Assembly (NCBI GenBank): GCA_965207185.1
Contig: OZ242271.1
Coordinates: forward strand, 3,197,086 to 3,261,085
DNA from: Chloroflexota bacterium
GTDB lineage: Bacteria; Chloroflexota; UBA11872
DNA: 64,000 bases
Direction of reading: 5' to 3'
Shown here: piece after piece, positions 45,011 through 54,950 of the stretch
Layout of the letters: the number at the start of each line of letters is the position of its first letter
Position numbering within the stretch: the stretch's first letter is position 1
Translations under genes and position numbers: made by a program
The notes under the pieces: generated by a model
Database searches by the model: none
What the model saw: the letters and a program-made list of their open reading frames with translations, nothing else
What the model was told of the DNA's origin: nothing

Positions 45011-45729
45011 GGACGGTCGATCGCCGTCGACACCACGATGTGGTTGCGTAATTCGGCGCCGAATTCCAGCGCGTCGTGTATCTCGATGAACCGGCCCAGC
45101 GCCCGCGCTTCCCGGGCCTGCTGAATGCGCTCGGTAATCGCCGGCTGTCCTGCCAAGCTGTCGAGCAGACTCGATTGTCCGCCCGAACTAGTCGTCAGGA
45201 TCGACCGCAAGAGCAGCGCCAGCGTCTGGGCGTCGGCGGGGAGCTCAGATGTCGCGCGGATTGAGCCGATATCGGCAAGCGCGGCCGCCGTTCCGCCGCT
45301 CTCGGCAATAACTCGCAACCTTGAGGTCTCGTCCCGAAGCGCCTGGGTCGCCAGCATCCCCAGGTAACCGGTGGCTGGGTCGAGTGCCGTCATCACGCGA
45401 TCCGCCTCGCGCAGAAACGAGCGCAAGTCCGGATTGGTGACCATGTTGATCGGAAGCGCCTCCAATGCCTGGAGCCGTAGCGGGTCCGGCCGCGGCGGCA
45501 ATCGCACCAGCGGAGCGCGACTCCGATCCGGGACGTCTGGCACCGCGTCTTCGCTCAGAAGACCGGATTGACTCGTGGACCCCGGCGCCGGCGGCCGCGG
45601 CGCTCCTGCCGGCTCGGTGGTGAGCAGCACCAGCAGCAGCGCTCCCACCGAGAGCGCCAGCACCCCAAGCAGCCCAAACAGCAGCCCGCGCAGCGTCAGC
45701 AGCCCGCCGAGTTGGCGTTTGCCCGTCAC
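45007..45729 (-). CDS. hypothetical membrane-anchored protein (single N-terminal TM, Pro-rich linker, C-terminal helical domain); start uncertain
   Basis: The ORF is open to 45888 (GTG). An internal GTG at 45729 has GGAG roughly 8 nt upstream and directly precedes the TM helix (TGKRQLGGLLTLRGLLFGLLGVLALSVGALLLVLL). Its stop overlaps the convergent lipoprotein gene. Confidence 0.4.
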   Translation of the reverse strand: MTGKRQLGGLLTLRGLLFGLLGVLALSVGALLLVLLTTEPAGAPRPPAPGSTSQSGLLSEDAVPDVPDRSRAPLVRLPPRPDPLRLQALEALPINMVTNPDLRSFLREADRVMTALDPATGYLGMLATQALRDETSRLRVIAESGGTAAALADIGSIRATSELPADAQTLALLLRSILTTSSGGQSSLLDSLAGQPAITERIQQAREARALGRFIEIHDALEFGAELRNHIVVSTAIDRP

Positions 45730-45929
45730 AGGTCCCTGCTCCACACCTGGAGACCACGGACGCAAACGATGCGTCGTCGAATTGGGCGCCTTCGGAACAT
45801 CCAGGCAGTTCGTGCGCGTGCGATAGTCCGAGTCTATCCGCGAACGTCGGGTCGCCTCTGCTATATTTCGTACCGGCCCGGACGCCACCGCGTCGGGCCG
45901 CTTTTACGTGCCCGGACTCCACCAACCGT

Positions 45930-47138
45930 TTGCCTATGAACCCTACTGTCTGCCCCCTGACCTCGGATCGACGCGACGAAGCCTTGGATGTCGCCGATCG
46001 CGCCTTCGACGGCACGCCCCGCGACTATTTCGAACGGCACCAAAGCGCCGACCCCGCCTGGGATGTCTCGCAAAGCCTGGCCGTCGAGGAAGCTGGCGCC
46101 ATCGTTGGGCACCTCTGGATCGCCGATCGGACGATGCGCTACGGCGAAGGGCGCGTTCGGTTCGGCGGCATTGCCGACGTGGGCGTGGATCCGGCCCATC
46201 GCAACCAAGGCTATGCCGGTCGGCTGCTTGACGCGGCGATCGAGCGAATGCAGGCCAACGGCCAGCCGCTGTCGCTGCTCTCGACCGGCCAGCCCCACGT
46301 CTACGCGCGACGAGGATGGCACGCCATTTCAACCGCGCAGGTCGAAGCCGAGTTCCCCAGCGGGGACATTGAGTCTGCCGGCGGCTTCGTTGTCCGCCCG
46401 TTTCAGGCCGATGACGTGACCGCCGTCGCCGGCATCTACCAAGACATCGCGGCTGACCGCGTCGGCCCGCTCGAACGCAGCGAGGCCTACTGGCTCGCGT
46501 TGATGGACTGGCTGCCGCGCCTGAAGCCGGATTCCGAGGTCCGATTCGAAGTGCTGGTGCAGGTTCGAACGGTCGTGGCCTACGCCATCACCCAGTTGGG
46601 CGACGACGAACTGGAGATTCTGGACGGCGGCATCCAGTACGAAGACCTGGCCATCCCCCTGTTGAGCGCCTGGCGGGCCCGCGCCGCGGCGCGCAGCGTC
46701 AGCCGTCTGACCGGCGAACTGCACCCGGCATCCGAGCTGTTCGACCTGTTGCGCAAGCGGGCCGGGGCCAGCCTCAAGCCCGTCAAGCACTACATGGTCA
46801 GGCTCAACTCGCTGCGCGGGGCGTTGGAAAGCGTCGTCCCCGAACTCATCAGGCGCCGACGACGAATGGCCCCCTTGCCGGGTCCCACCTTCGTTCTGCG
46901 TGTCGCCGGCGAAGACGTGAGGATCGAGACGCCGATGGCCAACATGGTCATCGGCGAAGCTGTCGGTAATGAACCGGTCGTCGAACTCACCAGCGGGCAG
47001 TTCCTGGACCTATTCCTCGGAGCGCCCGGTGGCTACGAGGCTCTGGACGCCGCCGGCCTTGCGCCTCACATTGACGTGTATCTGCGCCGGCTGTTTCCCA
47101 ATTCACCATTCATGTATTGGGGCGCTGACCGCTTTTAG
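45930..47138 (+). CDS. Eis-like GNAT N-acetyltransferase with C-terminal SCP2-like domain
   Basis: 402 aa: GNAT motif A region ...HRNQGYAGRLLDAAIERMQANGQPLSLL..., a second GNAT-like lobe and a C-terminal roughly 100-aa domain, matching the three-lobe Eis/enhanced-intracellular-survival architecture. Confidence 0.65.
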   Translation: MPMNPTVCPLTSDRRDEALDVADRAFDGTPRDYFERHQSADPAWDVSQSLAVEEAGAIVGHLWIADRTMRYGEGRVRFGGIADVGVDPAHRNQGYAGRLLDAAIERMQANGQPLSLLSTGQPHVYARRGWHAISTAQVEAEFPSGDIESAGGFVVRPFQADDVTAVAGIYQDIAADRVGPLERSEAYWLALMDWLPRLKPDSEVRFEVLVQVRTVVAYAITQLGDDELEILDGGIQYEDLAIPLLSAWRARAAARSVSRLTGELHPASELFDLLRKRAGASLKPVKHYMVRLNSLRGALESVVPELIRRRRRMAPLPGPTFVLRVAGEDVRIETPMANMVIGEAVGNEPVVELTSGQFLDLFLGAPGGYEALDAAGLAPHIDVYLRRLFPNSPFMYWGADRF

Positions 47139-47643
47139 GCAACGTCGGGTCCGGCGCTGCATAGAGTTGAAACGTCTCGGCCGAGTATCGCCCGTGCGTC
47201 GGAAGGTAATCCTGGCGCGTCAGACCGTGCGTCGATCCCGAGAGGACCGGCAACGCCACCTCCGGCACCAGTGACGCGAACTGCTCGGGCCGTTCCCGCA
47301 GCCGTCTCATGTCCACGACCGCCACGCCGTCGGTCTCCCGACCGTTCGGTCGCGGCTCGCCGCGCACGTACCGCATGCTGAAGATCAGGTAGGTGTTCAG
47401 CTCGCCGGGATCAATCCGATGCCGCACCGCAACCAGAACCTCCGGTTCGGCAATAACCCCGGCTTCTTCCTCGACCTCCCGAACCAGTGCCCCCTCCAGC
47501 GACTCGCCCGGATCGACCTTCCCGCCCGGAAACATGAAGCGCCCTTTGATATCGCTGTAGGTAAGGCGAACCAGCAGCACGCCCCCGTCCATCCGCACCA
47601 CGCCCCCGACGCCGATGATGTTCCGGTGTCCGGTCCTTTCCAT
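47110..47643 (-). CDS. NUDIX hydrolase
   Basis: Nudix box GG.VDPGESLEGALVREVEEEAGV. The ORF is open to 47886 but I trimmed it to ATG 47643 (MERTGHRNIIGVGGVV...). Confidence 0.8.
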   Translation of the reverse strand: MERTGHRNIIGVGGVVRMDGGVLLVRLTYSDIKGRFMFPGGKVDPGESLEGALVREVEEEAGVIAEPEVLVAVRHRIDPGELNTYLIFSMRYVRGEPRPNGRETDGVAVVDMRRLRERPEQFASLVPEVALPVLSGSTHGLTRQDYLPTHGRYSAETFQLYAAPDPTLPKSGQRPNT

Positions 47644-47684
47644 CGCGCCTGGCGCTTGGCTGTGCCTGGAACCCGCGTCAGCCG

Positions 47685-48488
47685 TTATCGGGCCCCCGCC
47701 GAGATCGTCTGGATCAGCCTGACCACTTCCTCCACCGCAATCTCGTAGTACTGCCGTCCCAGGTCCGCCGTCGCGGCCCGCGCATCGTCGCTCAGGCCCG
47801 TGATTCGAGCGCCCGGAAACGACATGTACACCACGTCCGCCACGTTCACGGACGCGCCCATCGTGGACATCCCCAACTTTGGCCACCCCGAGCTTCTCGG
47901 GTCGTCCCGATCCGCGTGCTCGATCGGCAGCAGGTCGTCGCGCACCAGGTCCGGATCCAGGTGCAGCATCAGCGACGTTTCAAAGTCGCCCCCGTGCCCG
48001 GGCACGTGCACCTGGCGGCTGGCCTGTACCGCCTCCAGTCGCGGCCGGGCGATGTCCCAATAGGCGCCCGCGGCCACCCGCACGTCCGGGTGCTGGAGCA
48101 CGAAGTCTCGGGCCGCCTGCTGAATCAACAGGATGTTGCCGCCGTGCCCGTTCAGGATCAGGACGCGCCGAAACCCGGAAAGCGTCAGGCTCTCAAGCAG
48201 TTCCAGGAGGACCAGGCTGAACGTGCTGCTGCGCAGGGTGAGCACACCGGGAAACGGCCGGTGATGATCGGAGCTGCCAAAGTGCAACGGCGGGCTCACG
48301 ATCACGTCAAGCTCGCCTGCCGCCTCGGCCGCCCCGCGCGCCACCGCCATGCAACACATCGTGTCCAGCCCGATCGGGTTATGCGGCCCGTGTTGCTCGA
48401 TCGCTGCCGTCGGAAGAATCGCCACGGCCTCGGGCGCGCGCGCCCCAACTTCATCACGGTTCAGACGTTCCAGCGCCGTATACGCCAT
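47685..48488 (-). CDS. creatininase-family amidohydrolase
   Basis: ...AILPTAAIEQHGPH.P...D.........ILNGHGGN.....AAR..........AGAYWD... creatinine amidohydrolase fold signature. Trimmed to ATG 48488 (MAYTALERL...). Confidence 0.7.
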   Translation of the reverse strand: MAYTALERLNRDEVGARAPEAVAILPTAAIEQHGPHNPIGLDTMCCMAVARGAAEAAGELDVIVSPPLHFGSSDHHRPFPGVLTLRSSTFSLVLLELLESLTLSGFRRVLILNGHGGNILLIQQAARDFVLQHPDVRVAAGAYWDIARPRLEAVQASRQVHVPGHGGDFETSLMLHLDPDLVRDDLLPIEHADRDDPRSSGWPKLGMSTMGASVNVADVVYMSFPGARITGLSDDARAATADLGRQYYEIAVEEVVRLIQTISAGAR

Positions 48489-48648
48489 CGGGTGACCTCG
48501 CAGCGTCGATCCGGCGAATCGTGCCCGGCCGTGCGGTCGCTGGCAAGGCAACCCGAACGCAGATCTGCGGTCAGCGGCGCGGCCGGCGCCGTACGTCCCG
48601 ATGGCCGCCCCCGAACCGGGCCCGCGCCGTCGTCGCGCCGCCGGCGGC

Positions 48649-51165
48649 CTAGCCCTCGGCGACGGCCCCTACGGCGGCTTCTGTCGGCGCTTCCTCCCCG
48701 GTCTCGGCGTCCGTTGCAAACGAGAATTCACCGTCCACCACATCCACCCGCACGGTGCTGCCCGCGCCACACTCCTCGCGCAGCAGCATCCGGGCAATCA
48801 CGTTTTCGATCTCCCGCTGCATCGTCCGGCGCAACGGGCGCGCCCCGTAATTCGGATCCCAGCCCATGGCCAGCACCAGGTCCTTGGCCGCGGTAGTGAG
48901 TTCCACGGCGATCCGCTGCCCTTCCAGCCGCGCCGCCAGTTGCGAGGCCATCAGGTCCACGATTTCTCGCAGCTGCGGTTGCGTCAGCGAGTGGAAGATG
49001 ATGATCTCGTCGATCCGGTTCAGGAACTCGGGCCGGAATCGCCGCCGCAGGTCGGTCATCAGGCGGGCGCGCATCTCGCGATGGTCCCGCGCCTCGGCCG
49101 CCGCGTCGTCCCCGGCGGGCACCCCGAAGCCAAGCTGGTTCTCCCGCCGGATGTGTTGCGCCCCCACGTTCGACGTCATGATGATGATCGTGTTGGCAAA
49201 GTTGACGTGGCGGCCGTGGCCGTCGGTCAGCCGGCCGTCGTCCAGCACCTGCAGCAGCACATTGAACACCTCGGGGTGCGCCTTTTCGATCTCGTCGAAC
49301 AGCACCACCTGGTATGGGCGGCGGCGCACCCGTTCCGTCAGCTGCGCCGCGTCGTCGTAGCCCACGTAACCCGGCGGCGCCCCAATCAGGCGGCTCACCG
49401 TATGCCGCTCCCCGTACTCGGACATGTCCACCCGCAGCAGCGCCGCTTCGTCGTCGAACATGAACTCGGCCAGCGCCCGCGCCAGTTCGGTCTTTCCGAC
49501 GCCCGTCGGACCCAGGAATATGAACGAACCGATCGGCCGCGAGGGATCCCCGATCCCGCTGCGCGACCGCCGAATCGCGTCGGCCACCGCCGTCACCGCC
49601 TCATCCTGGTTGATCAGGCGCCGGTGCAGCGCCGTTTCCATGCCCAGCAGGCGCTCCGCCTCTTCCTCGAACATCCGCGCCACCGGCACGCCGGTGATGC
49701 TTGAGACCACCTCCGCCACGTCGTCCGCGTCCACTGTCTCGGTCAGGTCCTGCTCGGCCAGCCACTTCTTGCGGGCCGACTCCAACTGCGCCTCGTTCTG
49801 CAGGACTTCGGACTTCAAGTTGGCCGCCCGCTCGTAATCGCGCCGCCGCCAAGCCGCCTCTTCGTCGGCCTTCAGGTCGTCAATGACCTTCATGGCCTGC
49901 CGGAGCTCGTCCGGCGCATCGAAGATGTCCACCCGCACCTTGGCCGCCGCCTCGTCGATCAGGTCGATGGCCTTGTCAGGCAGGAAGCGCTCGGTGAGAT
50001 AACGTTCCGACAGTTCCACCGCCGCTTGCAGCGCCGCGTGGCTGATCGTCAGGCCGTGATGATCCTCGTAGCGGTCGCGCACGCCCTCCAGCACCTGCAC
50101 TGTCTCCTCGATGCTCGGCGCCTCGATGTGCACCGGCTGGAAGCGGCGCGCCAGCGCCTTATCTTTCTCCACGTGTTGCCGGTACTCGTCGAGCGTGGTC
50201 GCGCCGATCGCCTGCAATTCGCCGCGCGACAAAGCCGGTTTCAGCATGGTCGCCGCGTCGATCGCGCCCTCGGCCCCGCCCGCGCCCACGGCCTGGTGCA
50301 GCTCGTCAAAGAACAGGATGATCTGGCCCTCGGAGGCCCGCACCTCGTTGATCACCGCCTTCAGCCGCTCTTCGAATTCTCCCCGGAACTTGGCGCCGGC
50401 CAGCATGGCGCCCATGTCCACGGCCAGCAGTTCGCGCCCGCGCAACAACTCCGGCACGTCGCCGCCGGCAATCCGCTGCGCCAGACCCTCCACGATGGCC
50501 GTCTTCCCCACGCCCGGCTCGCCGATCAGGGCCGGGTTGTTCTTAGTCCGCCGGGCCAGCACCTGGATCACCCGCCGGATCTCGGCCTTGCGCCCGATGA
50601 CCGGATCCAGTCGGCCGGCGCGCGCCATGTCCGTCAGGTTGACGCTGTACTTCTCGAGTACTTCGTAGCGGCTCTCCGCGCTCGGCGTGGACGAGCGCTG
50701 CGCGCCGCGAATCTCGCGCAGCGCCCGATACACCCCTTCCGCGTCGATCCCGATCGAGCGCAGGATGCGCCCGGCCTGCGTGTCCTGCGACTTGGTCAGC
50801 GCCAGCAGCAAGTGCTCGTTGCCCACGTATTCGTCGTCCAGCCGGTCCGCTTCCTCGCCGGCCGCCTGGATCGTTGCCACCGCCTGCGGCGTCACGAACA
50901 TCTGGCCCTGCGCAATTGGTCCGTCGGCCTGGTCCGAGGTCACCCGCGGCTTTGCCCCCAGGGCGCGCTTCGCTTCGCCGCGCGCCAGGTCCGGCGAGAC
51001 GCGCAGGCGTTGCAGAATCCGCACCGCCAGCGAGTCGTTCTGATCCAGCAGCGCCATCAACACGTGATCGGCGTCCAGCTGGTTATGACTGCTCTCCAGC
51101 ATGATCGACTGCGCCCGCTGGATCGTCTCCTGCGCCTTCTCCGTGAATTTCTCGAAATTCATCAT
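48649..51165 (-). CDS. clpB: ATP-dependent chaperone ClpB
   Basis: 838 aa: N-domain, two AAA+ modules (GEPGVGKT...; GPTGVGKTE...) with middle coiled-coil. Confidence 0.95.
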   Translation of the reverse strand: MMNFEKFTEKAQETIQRAQSIMLESSHNQLDADHVLMALLDQNDSLAVRILQRLRVSPDLARGEAKRALGAKPRVTSDQADGPIAQGQMFVTPQAVATIQAAGEEADRLDDEYVGNEHLLLALTKSQDTQAGRILRSIGIDAEGVYRALREIRGAQRSSTPSAESRYEVLEKYSVNLTDMARAGRLDPVIGRKAEIRRVIQVLARRTKNNPALIGEPGVGKTAIVEGLAQRIAGGDVPELLRGRELLAVDMGAMLAGAKFRGEFEERLKAVINEVRASEGQIILFFDELHQAVGAGGAEGAIDAATMLKPALSRGELQAIGATTLDEYRQHVEKDKALARRFQPVHIEAPSIEETVQVLEGVRDRYEDHHGLTISHAALQAAVELSERYLTERFLPDKAIDLIDEAAAKVRVDIFDAPDELRQAMKVIDDLKADEEAAWRRRDYERAANLKSEVLQNEAQLESARKKWLAEQDLTETVDADDVAEVVSSITGVPVARMFEEEAERLLGMETALHRRLINQDEAVTAVADAIRRSRSGIGDPSRPIGSFIFLGPTGVGKTELARALAEFMFDDEAALLRVDMSEYGERHTVSRLIGAPPGYVGYDDAAQLTERVRRRPYQVVLFDEIEKAHPEVFNVLLQVLDDGRLTDGHGRHVNFANTIIIMTSNVGAQHIRRENQLGFGVPAGDDAAAEARDHREMRARLMTDLRRRFRPEFLNRIDEIIIFHSLTQPQLREIVDLMASQLAARLEGQRIAVELTTAAKDLVLAMGWDPNYGARPLRRTMQREIENVIARMLLREECGAGSTVRVDVVDGEFSFATDAETGEEAPTEAAVGAVAEG

Positions 51166-51581
51166 CGTGGCGGCCGTCTGTCTCGGTAGCGACCGGCGCC
51201 GGGCTCCCTGGTCGCGCGCTGCAGCGCATTTCGGAGTCGTTGAATCTCGGCCTCATAGCGCTGCCGGAGTTCCGTCAGATCGCGCTGATGCTCCGCCGCC
51301 TGCCGCTGATACCGGTCGCGCATGTTCAACACCACCTCAACCCCGGCCAGGTTCACGCCGAGTTCGGAGGTCAGCCGCTGGATCAGCCGCACCCGCTCGA
51401 TGTCCTCCTGCGAGAACATGCGCACGTTGCCGGGCGAGCGGCTGGGCGTGAGCAGGCCGATCCGTTCGTAATGCCGCAGGGTCTGCGGGTGGATTTCGGT
51501 GATCTCCGCCACCACCCCGATGAAGTACGCCGGCCGTGAGTGAAGGTCGTCCGGGTCGTCGCCGTCGCGGTCGAACACCAC
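51162..51581 (-). CDS. hspR: MerR-family heat-shock repressor HspR
   Basis: 139 aa: MerR HTH ...YFIGVVAEITEIHPQTLRHYERIGLLTPSR... Located after dnaJ and overlapping clpB, the classic hspR position. Confidence 0.85.
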   Translation of the reverse strand: MVFDRDGDDPDDLHSRPAYFIGVVAEITEIHPQTLRHYERIGLLTPSRSPGNVRMFSQEDIERVRLIQRLTSELGVNLAGVEVVLNMRDRYQRQAAEHQRDLTELRQRYEAEIQRLRNALQRATREPGAGRYRDRRPPR

Positions 51582-51582
51582 G

Positions 51583-52518
51583 TCAGTTCACCGCCGAGGG
51601 TGTGGGAACTTCCCCGCGGATAGCCGCCAGTTCTTGAAACAACTCGCGTTCGCGCGCGCTCAGGTTTCGCGGAAGGCGCACCTGGATTCGCACAAACATG
51701 TCGCCGCGCTCGCTGCCGCCGCGTCGCGGCAGTCCCTGACCGCGCAACCGCAACCTTCTGCCATGTTGCGTCTCCGGCGGTACGCGCACCGATAGGGACG
51801 AGCCGGACGCCGTCGGAACTTGCACCGAGGTTCCCAGCACCGCCTCGGTAAGCTCGATTGCGACCTCCGTCTCCAGGTCGTCGCCCGTGCGCTTGAATCC
51901 GGGTTCAGCATCCACGCGGACTCGAAGGAACAGGTCCCCCCGCGAACCGTCGGCCCGCACCGCCCCTTCGCCCGCCACCCGCAGCCGCTGCCCGTCGCGC
52001 ACGCCTTTCGGAATCGTCACGTCGATCCGCCGCTGGCGCACGCGGCCGTCGGGCGACGGCACCTGCATCGTCAAGGCCCGGCGCCCGCCGTTCAGTACCT
52101 CGTGCAGGCTCACCGGCAACGTCTCTTCAACATTCGCCTGCTGCGGTCGCTGCGCACGCTGCGGCCGGGCGCGACCGCCGAAGAGCGCGTCAAAGAAGTC
52201 GCTGAATCCCGACGCCCCGCCGCCGCCGAACAAGTCGCCGAACCCGTCCATGCGCGCGCCGCTTTGCCGAAACGCTTCGTCGAACGATCCCGTGCGCCGC
52301 CAGTTCGACCCGAAGCGGTCGTACTGCTGCCGCTTCTCCGGATCGCTCAGCACCTCGTGCGCCTCGTTGATCTCCTTGAACCGCGACTCCGCCGCCGGGT
52401 CGTCCGGATTCACGTCCGGGTGGTAGCGCCGCGCCAGGCGCCGGTAGGCCGACTTGATGTCGTCCGGCGACGCGTTCCGTGGAACACCCAGGGTCTGGTA
52501 GTAGTCCTTGTATTCCAC
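51583..52518 (-). CDS. dnaJ: DnaJ-class co-chaperone, class II (CbpA-like; J-domain, no Zn finger)
   Basis: J-domain YYQTLGV...HPDVN; no CxxCxGxG repeats; C-terminal CTD I/II. Confidence 0.85.
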   Translation of the reverse strand: MEYKDYYQTLGVPRNASPDDIKSAYRRLARRYHPDVNPDDPAAESRFKEINEAHEVLSDPEKRQQYDRFGSNWRRTGSFDEAFRQSGARMDGFGDLFGGGGASGFSDFFDALFGGRARPQRAQRPQQANVEETLPVSLHEVLNGGRRALTMQVPSPDGRVRQRRIDVTIPKGVRDGQRLRVAGEGAVRADGSRGDLFLRVRVDAEPGFKRTGDDLETEVAIELTEAVLGTSVQVPTASGSSLSVRVPPETQHGRRLRLRGQGLPRRGGSERGDMFVRIQVRLPRNLSARERELFQELAAIRGEVPTPSAVN

Positions 52519-52527
52519 GCGCGCCGC

Positions 52528-53028
52528 CTATGTCCCGTCGTCCGAGACGGCCACTTCCACCCGCGCCGCGCGCAAGACGTCGTCGCCCCAGCGATACCCC
52601 GCCTGGAGCTCGGCGGTGATCGTGCCTGCCGGCACGTCGGCGCTGGGACGCGTGGCCACGGCTTCATGCCAGTAAGGATCGAAGGCGCCGTCCGTCTCGA
52701 TCGAGCGGACCCCCCGCGCCTGCAGCAACGCGTCCAGCCGGCCGCGGGTGAGCTGGACGCCCTCCCGCGCGCTCGCCGCGTCGGATCCCGCGTCCAGCGC
52801 CGCCAGCGTCCGATCAAGATCGTCCGCCACGCTCAGGATGTCGCCCAACAGCGACGACTTGGCCTGCTGGATCAGGTCGTCCGTCGTGCGGTTGACCCGC
52901 TTGCGAAAGTTGTCCATTTCGGCGCGCAGGCGCAGAAGCTGGTCGTTCAGCGCCTCCACCTCCGCCTCCAGTTCGGCTTCGCGCTCGCTGTTGGCATCGG
53001 CCTCGCGCTCGCGTGAATCAGCGTTCAT
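52528..53028 (-). CDS. grpE: nucleotide exchange factor GrpE (copy 2)
   Basis: The ORF is open to 53301, but the GrpE-like sequence starts at MNADSREREADANSEREAELEAEVEALNDQLLRLRAEMDNFRKRVNRTTDD... Trimmed to ATG 53028, 7 nt after the dnaK stop. Confidence 0.85.
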   Translation of the reverse strand: MNADSREREADANSEREAELEAEVEALNDQLLRLRAEMDNFRKRVNRTTDDLIQQAKSSLLGDILSVADDLDRTLAALDAGSDAASAREGVQLTRGRLDALLQARGVRSIETDGAFDPYWHEAVATRPSADVPAGTITAELQAGYRWGDDVLRAARVEVAVSDDGT

Positions 53029-53035
53029 CGGACCT

Positions 53036-54940
53036 CTACTTCTCGTCCGCGGCCTCGAATTCGGCGTCGACCACATCGTCGTCCGCCGCAGCCTCGCCCG
53101 CGTCTGGGGCCGCTTCGGCGCCGTCGGCGCCCGGCGCCGCCTGGTACATCTGCTCGCCCAGCTTCTGGGCCGCGGTCTGCAACACCGCCACCGCGCTCCG
53201 GATTGCCTCCAGATCCTCGCCCTCCAGGGCCTTGCGCACGTCCGCGATCGCCCGCTCCGCCGCCTCCCGGTCAGCCGCCTCGATCTTGTCGCCGTTCTCA
53301 CTGATCAGGCGCTCGGTCTGATAGGCCAGGCTGTCGGCGTTGTTGCGCAGTTCAGCCTCCTCGAGTTGCTGGCGGTCTTCCGCGGCGTGCTGCTCAGCCT
53401 CCTTGACCAGCGCCTCCACCTGATCATCGGACAGGTTGGTGCTGGCCGTGATCGTGATGCGCTGTTCCTTGGCCGTCGCCAGGTCCTTGGCCGAGACGTT
53501 CACAATCCCATTGGCGTCGATGTCGAACGTCACTTCGATCTGCGGCACGCCGCGTGGCGCCGACGGAATACCCTCCAGCCGGAAGCGCCCCAGCGTCGTG
53601 TTGGCCCGCGCCATCGGGCGTTCGCCCTGCAGCACGTGAATGTCCACCGCCGTCTGCCCGTCGTCGGCCGTCGAGAAGATCTCCGACTTGCTGGTCGGGA
53701 TCGTCGTGTTGCGCGGAATCAGCGCCGTCAGCACGCCGCCCAGCGTCTCCACGCCCAGCGACAGCGGCGTCACGTCCAGCAGCACCACGTCCTCGACCTC
53801 GCCGGCCAGCACGCCCCCCTGGATCGCGGCGCCAATGGCCACCACCTCGTCGGGGTTCACGCCCTGGTTGGGATCCTTGCCGGTCAGCTCGCGCACCAGC
53901 GCCTGCACGGCCGGCATGCGCGTCGACCCACCCACCATCACCACCTCGTTAATCTCCGAGGCCCGGATGCCGGCATCGCCCAGCGCGCGCCGGAACGGCT
54001 CCACGCAGCGCTGCGTCAGGTCCTGCGTCAGCCGCTCGAACTCCGCCCGCGTCAGCGCCACGTCCAGGTGCTTCGGCCCGGTCTGGTCCGCCGTGATGAA
54101 CGGCAGGCTGATCTGCGTCTGCGGTACCGACGACAACTCCTGCTTGGCCTTCTCCGAGGCCTCGATCAGCCGCTGCAGCGCCTGCGGGTCCTTGCGCAGG
54201 TCAATGCCCTCGGCTCGCAGGAAGCCATCGGCCACGTGGTCCACCACCCGTCGGTCATAGTCGTCGCCGCCCAGGTGGGTGTCGCCGTTGGTGGCCTTGA
54301 CCTCGAACACGCCGTCGCCCACCTCCAGGATGGTCACGTCGAACGTCCCGCCGCCCAGGTCCCACACCAGGATCGTCTCGGCCCCGCGCTTGTCCAGCCC
54401 GTACGCCAGCGCCGCCGCCGTGGGCTCGTTGATGATGCGCCGCACGTTCAGGCCGGCAATCTCGCCCGCGTTGCGGGTCGACTGGCGCTGCGAGTCGTTG
54501 AAGTACGCCGGCACCGTGATCACGGCGTCCGTCACGTCCTCGCCCAGGTACTTCTCCGCGTCCGCCTTCAGCTTCTGCAGCACCACCGCCGAAATCTCTT
54601 CCGGAGTCACCTCGCGCCCGCTCTCCGGGATCTTGATCAGCACTTCGCCCGCGCGGCCCTCGGTCACGTCAAAGGTCACCGCGGCCGACTCGTCGCCCAC
54701 TTCCGTGAGCCGCCGGCCGACAAACCGCTTGGAGGAATTGATCGTGTTCTTGGGATTCATCACCGCCTGCCGCCGGGCCAGCTGCCCGACCAGGCGCTGA
54801 CCGCCCGCGCCGTACGCCACCACCGACGGCGTCAGGCGGCTGCCCTCGGAGTTCGTGACCACGTTCGGGTCGCCGCCCTCCATCACGGCAACGACCGAAT
54901 TCGTCGTCCCCAGGTCAATCCCAATGATCTTGCTCGCCAT
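53036..54940 (-). CDS. dnaK: chaperone DnaK (Hsp70)
   Basis: 634 aa: [14 protein letters not shown]...DLGGGTFD..., full Hsp70. Confidence 0.97.
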   Translation of the reverse strand: MASKIIGIDLGTTNSVVAVMEGGDPNVVTNSEGSRLTPSVVAYGAGGQRLVGQLARRQAVMNPKNTINSSKRFVGRRLTEVGDESAAVTFDVTEGRAGEVLIKIPESGREVTPEEISAVVLQKLKADAEKYLGEDVTDAVITVPAYFNDSQRQSTRNAGEIAGLNVRRIINEPTAAALAYGLDKRGAETILVWDLGGGTFDVTILEVGDGVFEVKATNGDTHLGGDDYDRRVVDHVADGFLRAEGIDLRKDPQALQRLIEASEKAKQELSSVPQTQISLPFITADQTGPKHLDVALTRAEFERLTQDLTQRCVEPFRRALGDAGIRASEINEVVMVGGSTRMPAVQALVRELTGKDPNQGVNPDEVVAIGAAIQGGVLAGEVEDVVLLDVTPLSLGVETLGGVLTALIPRNTTIPTSKSEIFSTADDGQTAVDIHVLQGERPMARANTTLGRFRLEGIPSAPRGVPQIEVTFDIDANGIVNVSAKDLATAKEQRITITASTNLSDDQVEALVKEAEQHAAEDRQQLEEAELRNNADSLAYQTERLISENGDKIEAADREAAERAIADVRKALEGEDLEAIRSAVAVLQTAAQKLGEQMYQAAPGADGAEAAPDAGEAAADDDVVDAEFEAADEK

Positions 54941-54950
54941 CTGCTGCCTC

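Noticed and set aside
45245-46015. 256-aa minus-strand ORF spanning the 45.3-46.0 kb region
   Set aside because: Overlaps the GNAT gene start and the membrane-anchored hypothetical in another frame; Arg/Ala/Gly-rich low-complexity translation.
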